DNA of 34,808 bases from a virus. Lineage: Duplodnaviria; Caudoviricetes. The notes under the pieces were generated by a model that saw only the letters and a program-made list of their open reading frames with translations, ran no database searches and was not told the DNA's origin. The translations under genes and the position numbers were made by a program. Positions 20,301-27,927 of the stretch are shown here, piece by piece. The DNA lies in the IMG/VR virus record IMGVR_UViG_3300017783_000097, positions 1 through 34,808 of that record; one strand, written 5' to 3'. Position 1 is the stretch's first letter. Every line of letters begins with the position of its first letter.

Positions 20301-23300
20301 AAGCTGGTCTTTGTCTATTTCTTTCTAGTAAATGTTGTTTTACTACTACTCCAGAAGCTAAACTTGTTCTAGCAGGAGTAAAATCTTCTATCATTTTAAA
20401 TAATGAATTATCAAAGAATTTAATTAATCTAACAAAATCAACTACATCATACCCTCTAATATACTTTTCAAAATAAGCGTCTCTTAAAATATTTAAATCT
20501 GGATAGCTTCTTGATGATGAAAAGTTTTGTCTCGGATCACCAATATAATCTCCTAAGTTAAAATATCCTATTTGGGCATTAATATCATCATTTATTTGAT
20601 TTGAGGGTGAAAATGCTACTTCTAAATAATTAACATTTGGAGTGTAACTTTGACTTACAAATGAATGTTGTTGAATTGACTCCATAGGTGATATAACATC
20701 ACTTGTTGTACTAGAAATTGTAGCTTCAGATGAGGTTGGTGTTTGAAAACCATAAGGTGCTTCGGCTAAAATTAAATTTTCAGCTTGTATTTTATTTGTA
20801 ATCCTATTTTTTATACCTGCTGGTACTTGATCTTGGAATATATCTTCTACATTAGTTACAAACCTTGAAGCACTAATAAAATAACTACTATCATTAGTAA
20901 ATGATTGAGTAATTTGTACTGCAGAACCTGTTACTCTAGGATGAATAGATATTCTACTACCTGTATCTAATTGTGTCCCTAAATCTGCTCTAAAAAATAA
21001 CTCATTAGGTGTACTGTTTATTGTATTACCTTCATCTGAATAAGGATTTACAGTATAATCAAAAAATTTACTTTCACTTAGTTCAATATTCCAATATCTT
21101 AATTCTTGGAAAGACCCTGAAAAAGGTTGGTATGTACCACCTGCCCCTGAAGGAGTAAAGTCTGACTGAGTATTTAAAAATGCTTTTGTTGCATCTGTCC
21201 AATAAGATACATCAAAACCAGTAACTTGATTAGAACCAGAAAATCCTATTTCTCCATTAATTTCATTTGCAGCAAATAAAGTAGCAGAAGGAGTATCTTC
21301 GTTTACATTTACTTGAACGGACCACCAATCTTTATTAAAGAAGGGAAGATAAATACTAGCAGAGGTTCCAACATCAGTTGTGTCTGGGATGTATTTTAAG
21401 GTACCATAAGTGTCGTAAGGGCTAGCTATGGATCCTGAATATGAACCTTTTACAAAACCAGAACCTGTATATTCTAAAACAATAGCTGAATCCCCATCTT
21501 GTCCAGCTATAAATAAAGATTGAGAATATCTAATATTAGAACTTGCTATATTATTTACAGCAGGTGGTATTCCTGCTGATTTAAATCTAAATTGAACTGA
21601 ACTTGGTGAAGTATTTCCAAAATTATTATTAGCATTAAAAGATGAACTAACAAAATTAGTAGCATTTTCTCCTGTATCAAAAGCATAGTTAAATACATTT
21701 TGTTTTAAATCATAATCTTGAGATTCATTTCTATCTTTACCTCCAAATTCACTAATTCGTAAAATTGTATCAGGTATTCCATATGATGTAATTAATGCTC
21801 TAATACCAGCTATCGTACCTTTAGTTTTAAGTAAATATGGTATATTATGGTATATTCGTTTATATACTTGCTTTTGAACATTATTTAATGGCACTATATC
21901 ATTTGAAGCAGATATTTCAGTATCTACGTACTCAAACCCAGAAGGTGTGTTAACTTGACCATTAATTGATCCCGTCATGTATGGAAAAGGAAATGCACTT
22001 CCTGATGGTGTTAATCCTAAAAATGCTGTAAATAAATCATTTGTATTAAAATTATTAGCATATAGTTTAACCCCAAAATCTCTAATGGCATCTGCTACTA
22101 AATCTTTAGCAATACCATATTCTAAACGATTATCAGCATCAAATTTATTTGAAATATCTTTTGTATATAACCAAACATTATCATAATATTGACCCACCAT
22201 ATCAACAAATAATTCGTATCTTTCATTAGCAGGGTCATCTCTTAAATATTCAGGTATAGACCAATATAACCAATTATTGTTATTTTGATCAAAATTAGAA
22301 GCAGATAATGCTTGACCTCCATAATAAGGGTTGCTTTGATCAATACTACCCACCCATGTTGAAGCAATTATACTTCCTGTAGGGTATAATTGAAAAGGGG
22401 GTGTGGTATTTTGTTTTGGGTAAGAATATTGGGAGCCACTATTAAAATACAAAAATGATTCATACCCATCAAAATTTTTAATGATATTATCTATTTGCCC
22501 TGTTAATCTTGCTTTACTTGAACTATAAGCTATAGTATTTACTGTATTTCCTGTTATTTTATTTAACTGTGAAGAAAGTTGAAAACTAGCAGATTCAATT
22601 AAACCAACTTTATATACAAAATTTTCTAATCTAGTTTTAGCAGAACTAAAATGTATAAAGTTAGAATAATTTTCGTAATTAACATTAATATTAATTTCTT
22701 TTTGATTTAAAAGATTTTGGATTTGGTTAATTGAACTAGTTACATTTGATTGGAGTAAAGTATTAAAGGAAAATGATTCACCCCCAGTTGATGTTTCTTG
22801 TGTTATGTTAAGATTATAATTAGGACCTGCTATATAAGTAAAATCATCTTCTATAATAGGTTCAAATGGAAAATTTAATTCATAAGCTTGAGGGGAAGAT
22901 AATTCTTCAACTACCCATAATTCATCTTTTATACTAAAAGTAGAAGGTAAAGGTTCATATAATTTAATTAAAATTGTAGGATCTATTCCTTCTTCGGTTT
23001 CTAGCTTTATATTATTAGCTATTATTGATTGATTTAAACCAAAATTTAAATAAAAATCAACAAAATAATCTGCGTCTTCTCTATATTGAATAAATGAATT
23101 TGAGGAAGAAATTATTAATTCATTGGGAATAATATTACTATCTAGTCTTATTTCAGTTCTATCAGATGATATGTCAGAAATAAAATATTTTTCTGATATA
23201 TTAGAAGATAATCTTTTTCTATAAAAATTGTATAAAATATTATAAACTCCTAGATCATAACCAGAGTTAATTAGATCATTTTCGGGGTTTAATAATACAT

Positions 23301-23517
23301 CCCCTTCTCTTACATCATAATCTAATAATGGAATAGTAGAACCTGGGTATATTAAATTTTGGTTTTGGTCATAAACATAATATTCGATATAATCTGTATT
23401 TACATTAAATACAGTATCTAATTGGGATTGTACAATTAGTTCTGTATCCTTATCTGAATATGCTTGATATTCAAATGTATCTGGATTTAGTTGATTAATT
23501 GTTATTTCTTGAGCCAT
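14368..23517 (-). CDS. Very large baseplate wedge protein (T4 gp7 / P2 gpI-like core with extensive accessory domains)
   Basis: 3049 aa. IPEYLRDD...FVDMVGQYYD and YKRIYHNIPYLLKTKGTIAGIRALITSYG (KGT motif of gpI/gp7 wedge proteins, ~21770..21870); located in the baseplate cluster. Confidence 0.7.
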   Translation of the reverse strand: MAQEITINQLNPDTFEYQAYSDKDTELIVQSQLDTVFNVNTDYIEYYVYDQNQNLIYPGSTIPLLDYDVREGDVLLNPENDLINSGYDLGVYNILYNFYRKRLSSNISEKYFISDISSDRTEIRLDSNIIPNELIISSSNSFIQYREDADYFVDFYLNFGLNQSIIANNIKLETEEGIDPTILIKLYEPLPSTFSIKDELWVVEELSSPQAYELNFPFEPIIEDDFTYIAGPNYNLNITQETSTGGESFSFNTLLQSNVTSSINQIQNLLNQKEININVNYENYSNFIHFSSAKTRLENFVYKVGLIESASFQLSSQLNKITGNTVNTIAYSSSKARLTGQIDNIIKNFDGYESFLYFNSGSQYSYPKQNTTPPFQLYPTGSIIASTWVGSIDQSNPYYGGQALSASNFDQNNNNWLYWSIPEYLRDDPANERYELFVDMVGQYYDNVWLYTKDISNKFDADNRLEYGIAKDLVADAIRDFGVKLYANNFNTNDLFTAFLGLTPSGSAFPFPYMTGSINGQVNTPSGFEYVDTEISASNDIVPLNNVQKQVYKRIYHNIPYLLKTKGTIAGIRALITSYGIPDTILRISEFGGKDRNESQDYDLKQNVFNYAFDTGENATNFVSSSFNANNNFGNTSPSSVQFRFKSAGIPPAVNNIASSNIRYSQSLFIAGQDGDSAIVLEYTGSGFVKGSYSGSIASPYDTYGTLKYIPDTTDVGTSASIYLPFFNKDWWSVQVNVNEDTPSATLFAANEINGEIGFSGSNQVTGFDVSYWTDATKAFLNTQSDFTPSGAGGTYQPFSGSFQELRYWNIELSESKFFDYTVNPYSDEGNTINSTPNELFFRADLGTQLDTGSRISIHPRVTGSAVQITQSFTNDSSYFISASRFVTNVEDIFQDQVPAGIKNRITNKIQAENLILAEAPYGFQTPTSSEATISSTTSDVISPMESIQQHSFVSQSYTPNVNYLEVAFSPSNQINDDINAQIGYFNLGDYIGDPRQNFSSSRSYPDLNILRDAYFEKYIRGYDVVDFVRLIKFFDNSLFKMIEDFTPARTSLASGVVVKQHLLERNRQRPALVTSSRHEYEGLVVNLPKDYSSGSADFPQYSTEGSAIYKFSGGPGGSFERFNGLKTYPSGSKGLGPDNRFFLTQSWADSLDYSVINSLNFNQSNSFYISASGGEGKFPGTGRWIKDNQSEFYDGIFSGSRIQVSDQDLNPGCEPYLNVSDTPIVYNPLFFSFNSLVQGTVSNDAFLDNRNNPVPGDAWIASNVINGQSIVQWVKLARFDVNNNEVGEYLVGAEKLEIIFQEGTKEYYIDGVTVGAKSTIININQSNGNPDFNWSEDGGSENFSLIASGSFTASYNGNDNESQGSYLATDQQTQNQRFWFWGDQNGNTANYNTSNDTLGFFNPGSPSINYQNIISNLGLNYASGSYTLGRTPNIPLYFSCSVAYSASNLGQSSTIVTENIYHVSSNNNNNVEDQTISFYTGSADEATNPNITSGVYRPSSAQGYSTLGLNPVFYRNFTNTNQGGAIDNPITTAGTGHATTTNIMTSSFQWNTPTLEFTAWSTMQGNSAGVPFPISSSAYTVGTDNVTGTWYDLSGLGGNGGIDVNEVGTYTINGQFVLNEIAANGSGVGFSVDDVADCNVAVGFSVNAPTGTDVTFSMAYVPGNKENGAVYYPNTNQNSGPVGLILTSSTSDNIPVQIPDFNQNASNIDNLLWVEDPNDTGVWKVGGTDSQSGNVSLSNNPVNLGLYPFGTNGDTLIQGAGSPTLLSLSNASTLTIGPGSANGVYFTSVTGGSQQVGNGGTVNIGSNGTNVSSLAVQFIGAGYVVGNVLTISQADLISAGFPSAQGDLTIGPLTNSNIQASTSPNVVADSFWQVIAYSPTIPNTTAIPNVRVNDMSVYIDATVIVGSSRPTIPYGNFSYYYTTTDSISDYYVGGANTGVDSGLFTLYPTNNFATVGLFPNFDLQAFLKVTGSSAESNPARIIGNTEKFKVTLSQSFGPGAQEPYIVRIPSGDEQTVPFGTGGGVMKGYFEIPVNNVEYDASDPATTSSTQTQPDEMFFVEYSMSNYENPYSFGTSNVGETEIYFNDPVAPIITNPSMTSSFVKITSSINQIVGDEELTGSIYIQNTSLDSGGTVNFLGPGGAANENRIMLSSSDQTGRTSFTGSTFGNFTSLDSIRMGLSVSKSFGIGLTITEYSMSIVPSSSNEWAPFNDVTKMSLGSLEVEFGNFRVPDPTAELISTFFGNNVVPFNLALDCQPLLNNFVNQRANPYLMDIDYNLQATNTASYFFYGDFYTPISGGNLAAPVNLRQIISGSALRATVPESNYTIARSIKPRYDGSKSTSQELNVWNIGDIGTYGKNPTIELRDAFFGYFNDLDDPYPNINGLTRINLNYLIDEQGNALPPTLDPLSIDTFQAVFPNTTLGKIAAKSGKGKYRELGAPASIERIMQYVTPILYSQNSANNYANVLPLSGSGYISQYDNGDENDALFARFSAQGSASIDTGNPVQSVDYYLDPSEFLTGSAQNDAGIGGPGTNNANVLNPWNVNVKGQSLNIQYPENAFISALYPANNRYPSAPTTGIVPTITTGEDLPSSQIVTVQTSFVTSFVSETRRVRDELKFELHMYSSGSLVGTNWVGKEEKPFNLEDIECKVYTDDGRVTNIGSILEYGWFEMTNIVNYYKVRRKQTLRSFLRRWRFKRWRYTRVPVPTGGIRCTVDWEMYETLFDLGLMRERGPKGGAGVQALEWIITANSGKYTIQGGDAINWRIIGEFKNARGGYRQGLFFPLGYAGAYTSVNMQGQGANDYLMGEANTAKAPFWVYTGSAGKGNTNILDQSILVMSSSNLNEAYGTTFRQGDLEYFPGQSDYFPAGVEPATTAFDRIDNTIQLFEGDEIRFANNENYTYTIDEVFAPAENIEQDTGTKNPRLKIKLSGPVPKSINKNFFLVRRPVVNPNSLYLDTPFPYENLASASISTVIKNTGSFINAGTDGSFAISSSAMLNGVDADGNYTASLSSLELQETPGILYPDFPTEYLIQSASVIVNDLISKGIIES

Positions 23518-23526
23518 ATTTTATGT

Positions 23527-24069
23527 TTAATAACCACCACCTCCACCACTAGAAACTGCTGCAGAAGAAACAGATGTTGCACTACCCCCACTACTTATTC
23601 CTGTTGTATTTTTAGAGGTTGATGTATTTTCAGATAATGTTGTATTAGTTTGTATTATATTTTCGTTTGCTGCCTGAATTTCTTTTTCAAAAACCAATAA
23701 TGCCTCATTAGTAGCTGGGTCTTCTGTTTTTGATGCTTGTACTCTAGCGTTTTCCATCTGTGCTGTTAATAAATCACTTCTTAATTGAGCTATTTCAGCT
23801 TGTAATGCTTGTATTTCATCATTAATTTCATCAAAATTAATATATTCACCACTAGTTCGTACTAGATATTGATGAGAATTTGTTTCACCCAAAGCGGGTA
23901 TATCATAAAAAAGAGAATTATATAATCCAAAAAATTCTTCAACACTAGGTTGAAGTTGTTGATCTTCAGTAATAGAAATAGCACCTAATTCACTAAAACT
24001 AGTATTTATTGTTTTAATGTATTCAGCTTTATTATATATTTCTTTTACTAAATCTAATCTTTCTGCCAT
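23527..24069 (-). CDS. Hypothetical structural protein with coiled coil and Ser/Gly-rich tail
   Basis: 180 aa. EIQALQAEIAQLRSDLL heptads; C-terminal SSGGGGGY; coupled by TAATG. Confidence 0.6.
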   Translation of the reverse strand: MAERLDLVKEIYNKAEYIKTINTSFSELGAISITEDQQLQPSVEEFFGLYNSLFYDIPALGETNSHQYLVRTSGEYINFDEINDEIQALQAEIAQLRSDLLTAQMENARVQASKTEDPATNEALLVFEKEIQAANENIIQTNTTLSENTSTSKNTTGISSGGSATSVSSAAVSSGGGGGY

Positions 24070-25244
24070 TATCTATTTATAACTTTAAAATAATAATTAT
24101 CATCTTTTACTATTGTACTACCATTAATAGTTGTTTGAATTAATATTTTATAATATCTTTCAGGTTGTAATCCATTCATATAGATATCAAAATAATTACT
24201 TTGGTTGTCACAACTTATTCTTGTAAATTCAGGATCAAAATCTATTAATGTTTCATTTGTATCTAGATCTTTAACAGAATAAAGTGAATCAGCAGGTAAA
24301 TAATGGTTTTGGGTATCTATAGAAGATGTTAAAAATGTTCTTACTGGGAATTCTGGTCTAACATTAAGTCTAAATCTATTTATACTTTCACTATAAAATA
24401 TCCCAGGATTACTATCTAGGGCAACAAACAAATCAGTTGTTTTAATTTCAGGTAACCCACCGGGATCAAATATTTGGTCATTCCATTTAATTTCTAAAGT
24501 TGGAGGATATATAGTATTTGTATCAACAGAATAAAACTGCATAATAGGTTGTACAGCGTCTGCAGTATTAAATTCAATTGGGTTTTCCCATTTTACTATA
24601 AATCCATTATTTTGAATAGGTGTATAGGGATAACTGCTTTTAGAACTTGAATACCACACCTTAATAATATCTGTAACTGGGGCATTTAGATCTTTTTGTG
24701 ATCTTAACCTAAATGATTGGGTTACTTCAATATTTGTATTATAAGGGTCATCTGAACCCGTGTACCATGTACCACCTCCTTGATTAATATTTCCTGACCA
24801 AGAAGCTGTTACATAAGGTCCCCAACCTGCTAAATCCCAATATGCCGCACCTGTTCCTGTTGATCCAGAAAAAGTTCTTGCTTTCCAACTTACACCATTT
24901 AAAGTAGCTGGTGAGTCTAAGTATGTTCCTGTCCCATTATTCCATGAGCCCGATATGGGATATATTTCCAAATTTGTATTAAAGTCTACTCCTTGGGCAT
25001 TTGATATATAACATTTTAAACTACTTGAAAAGTTTTTTAATTCTGATCCTGTTACTTTTGTATTTATAACACTACTAATTTCATCTTGATCAAATTCAAT
25101 TAAATATCTAAATACTTGAGGTAAAGGATTTATATTTACATTTAAATTACCGATTTCAATTATGGGATCTATCCCTGTATTCATATATGGATAAAATGAA
25201 TATATTGTAGCATCTTGTAAAGGAAATAATTTATATACTGCCAT
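24069..25244 (-). CDS. Structural protein with DNRLRE/CBM96-like N-terminal domain
   Basis: 391 aa. QDATIYS..P..NTG....IEI...RYLIEFD and YPISGSWNNGTG...W match that beta-sandwich pattern; baseplate context. Confidence 0.5.
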   Translation of the reverse strand: MAVYKLFPLQDATIYSFYPYMNTGIDPIIEIGNLNVNINPLPQVFRYLIEFDQDEISSVINTKVTGSELKNFSSSLKCYISNAQGVDFNTNLEIYPISGSWNNGTGTYLDSPATLNGVSWKARTFSGSTGTGAAYWDLAGWGPYVTASWSGNINQGGGTWYTGSDDPYNTNIEVTQSFRLRSQKDLNAPVTDIIKVWYSSSKSSYPYTPIQNNGFIVKWENPIEFNTADAVQPIMQFYSVDTNTIYPPTLEIKWNDQIFDPGGLPEIKTTDLFVALDSNPGIFYSESINRFRLNVRPEFPVRTFLTSSIDTQNHYLPADSLYSVKDLDTNETLIDFDPEFTRISCDNQSNYFDIYMNGLQPERYYKILIQTTINGSTIVKDDNYYFKVINR

Positions 25245-25255
25245 AATTTTTTGTT

Positions 25256-27130
25256 TTAATATCCTATTGTATTACTAAATGCTCCTGTTCCTAACGATAC
25301 AACCCTACCTTGAATATCACTATTTGGAAATTTTACTTCAAATATACTTGGGTCTAAAGAAGGATAAATAATACCACTTTGTGTAGCTCCATTAATATCA
25401 TATGCATACTGAGAGTATCCACTATTAGTACCTGCTTTATTAGTTATTAATAAATTTTGCACTGTTTGAACTCCAGAAATATTATCTAATAATACTGAAA
25501 TTTCACTTAATATTATTGGTTGATTTATTTGCCATTTATTTATATCAAAATAATTTTTTAGTGCTGATAGACATTTAGCTAATACTTCACTATTGTTAAA
25601 ATTAGGTAATGTAATTATTTCAAAATCTACACAAATATTAATAATAAAAGCGTCTTTAACATTAACAGTATCACCTATCATTCTTGATTGGTTTAAATAT
25701 GTAATTAAATTACTTTTAATAGTTTCTGATGTTGTTACTAGATTACTATTGGAGTTATAAGCTAATACATATAAATCTAAAATAGTATCTGGGTCTTTTA
25801 CACTTGGTTTTGTTGTATAAGCTTTGGATAAATCACCAAATTTAGAAGGCATACTTAAAGCTCTAATTAAATAATCATCAGCTGTGACATTTCTTTGTTG
25901 CGTATTATAATTGGCTAATGCATTTTGTCTTATTTCTTCAATTGTATCACCATCACTACCTCCAGATGCCGCTACTGGGTTATTTACTGCTAATGAATTA
26001 AATATATATTGAGCTATAGTTGTATTACTTAAATTTGAATTTTTAAATGAACTATTACCAGTATTTAATATATTTATAGAATTTGCTTCTACATTAGCAC
26101 TAGTTCCTCCTCCAGTTAGGTATCTAACCGTTAAGGTTGTATTACTTGGTGCAGTTCCATAAGTATTTGTGAAAACAAAATTAGTTGGAGAATATGCTGT
26201 TGTTAATTTATTTTGACCAAAAGGTAACCCTAAACCAACATTATCTGGGTTTGGGGTTATTTGTTCATCTATTTGTAAAGCATTACCAGATCCAAATTGT
26301 ATTTGTAATGTTGTTTCATTTAATAGTCTTGTAGTAAATCTTTTATTTGTTGATTTAGTTCTTAAAATATATGGAGCATCTTCATCTTGATATGTATTAG
26401 GATCATTAACATTAGTATTTTGAATAGGATCATATACTAAATCTTGACCTAAATAATCTACTTCATAATATTGGTTACCATCACTATCAAAAATATCTAT
26501 AATTCCACCTATATTATTAGCACTTATTTCTAAAGTTGGAAACTGTCTATAAGCCCCCATAGTAAATTCTTGAGTTTGAATTAATCCAGATGCTGCTTTT
26601 CTTGTTTTTTTAAGTAAAAAATAAGTAGGTTCTCCTGCTGCTATTTGAGATACTGATACCTCTGTTGGATCAGCTGAAGTTGAAATTGAGAAATCTATTA
26701 ATGAATCTATTATAAATGAAGATCCATTTTGAGTTGTTACTGTTGTATTTTCATCTACAATTATGCTATAATTATAATCTGGTACTATACTTGTACCATT
26801 TGCTATAGAAGGAACTTGTTGATAAAAATCTACATCAACATATGCTAAACCTGTTGCTTTTGGTTTATAACTAAACATATAAGCAAGATCGTATAAATTA
26901 TCAAATTGTCTTGCATATTGTAAGTATGTTTCTTGAATCTGATTATCTAAATAAAAGGATAAAACATCACTAACATAAGATGCTTGTTCTATAAACATCA
27001 TCCCGGGTGATGCCGGGCTAAAATCTGTATAGGTATTAGGAAAATAGGTTTGTGAAAAATTAATAAGTTGAGCCCTAATATCATTAAAGTCTTTATTAAT
27101 ATATGATATGTCCTTATTTAGTAATGCCAT
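25256..27130 (-). CDS. Baseplate wedge subunit, T4 gp6-like (baseplate J family)
   Basis: 624 aa. KDFNDIRAQLINF...YTDFSPASPGMMFIE...DVLSFYLD and GGSDGDTIEEIRQNA...QQRNVTADDY; follows the gp25-like gene. Confidence 0.9.
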   Translation of the reverse strand: MALLNKDISYINKDFNDIRAQLINFSQTYFPNTYTDFSPASPGMMFIEQASYVSDVLSFYLDNQIQETYLQYARQFDNLYDLAYMFSYKPKATGLAYVDVDFYQQVPSIANGTSIVPDYNYSIIVDENTTVTTQNGSSFIIDSLIDFSISTSADPTEVSVSQIAAGEPTYFLLKKTRKAASGLIQTQEFTMGAYRQFPTLEISANNIGGIIDIFDSDGNQYYEVDYLGQDLVYDPIQNTNVNDPNTYQDEDAPYILRTKSTNKRFTTRLLNETTLQIQFGSGNALQIDEQITPNPDNVGLGLPFGQNKLTTAYSPTNFVFTNTYGTAPSNTTLTVRYLTGGGTSANVEANSINILNTGNSSFKNSNLSNTTIAQYIFNSLAVNNPVAASGGSDGDTIEEIRQNALANYNTQQRNVTADDYLIRALSMPSKFGDLSKAYTTKPSVKDPDTILDLYVLAYNSNSNLVTTSETIKSNLITYLNQSRMIGDTVNVKDAFIINICVDFEIITLPNFNNSEVLAKCLSALKNYFDINKWQINQPIILSEISVLLDNISGVQTVQNLLITNKAGTNSGYSQYAYDINGATQSGIIYPSLDPSIFEVKFPNSDIQGRVVSLGTGAFSNTIGY

Positions 27131-27537
27131 TATGCAAAGTTTAATTCTAAAGTATCATTTATTCCTGTATTAGGTATACTATAGGTTATATTTATTTGTA
27201 TTGTATTTTCATTAACACTTTTTTGTACTTCTATTTCTTCAACTTCAATATTAGAAAAATTACTGTTAATTTTTGCTTGTATATCTTCTTTTATAAAATC
27301 AAGATTTTCAGTTTCTATTTGGGTAAAGATATATTGTCTTAAACCTGCTCCAAATAAAGGATTTTCTATTCTTTCTCCGGGGTTTGTTAAAAAATAGTTT
27401 ATTAAGTTATTTTTTATAGCATCCCTAGTTTGATAATTAGGTTGGAATACACCTGGCGAGTCAAAAGGTAAATTAACACCAATTGCTACTCTAGGACGTA
27501 AATCATTAGGATATACTTTTCTTATTCCAAATGCCAT
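27130..27537 (-). CDS. Baseplate wedge subunit, T4 gp25-like (sheath initiator)
   Basis: 135 aa with the gp25 motif AIKNNLINYFLTNPGERIENPLFGAGL. Confidence 0.9.
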   Translation of the reverse strand: MAFGIRKVYPNDLRPRVAIGVNLPFDSPGVFQPNYQTRDAIKNNLINYFLTNPGERIENPLFGAGLRQYIFTQIETENLDFIKEDIQAKINSNFSNIEVEEIEVQKSVNENTIQINITYSIPNTGINDTLELNFA

Positions 27538-27539
27538 AA

Positions 27540-27899
27540 TTACCCTTTACTATTCATTAAACCCATTATTTGATCCATGCTTACATTCCCTTGTGGTAAA
27601 GTACCATTTGGTGAGGTTGTGTCTACAGGACCAGTCATTTGTAAAGGTACATCTTTTGATGTAGCATTTAATGTTCCATTAGCACCTGGCATCATTCCAC
27701 CTAAAACATTCATCATATTTTCTCTTAATTGAGCTTTATCAGCTTGTGGGAGAGGTTGAGGTGTAACTTTTTCTTGTACAGTAGGTTGTGTACTTATTTT
27801 TGGAACACGAACTGCTTCAAGTAAAATATCTTTCATTTCTTCTTGAATAGCTTCTTTTACTGCTTCTTTTACAATAATTTTTAATTGACTTAATTTCAT
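27540..27899 (-). CDS. Hypothetical late protein with N-terminal MKLSQLKxIVKEAVxE motif
   Basis: 119 aa; has its own ATATTTATA motif upstream. Confidence 0.6.
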   Translation of the reverse strand: MKLSQLKIIVKEAVKEAIQEEMKDILLEAVRVPKISTQPTVQEKVTPQPLPQADKAQLRENMMNVLGGMMPGANGTLNATSKDVPLQMTGPVDTTSPNGTLPQGNVSMDQIMGLMNSKG

Positions 27900-27914
27900 G
27901 TTATATTGATTTAT

Positions 27915-27923
27915 TATAAATAT
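27915..27923 (-). promoter_or_regulatory. Putative late promoter ATATTTATA
   Basis: 15 nt upstream of the ATG at 27899, in a 28-bp gap. Confidence 0.65.
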
Positions 27924-27927
27924 TAAA

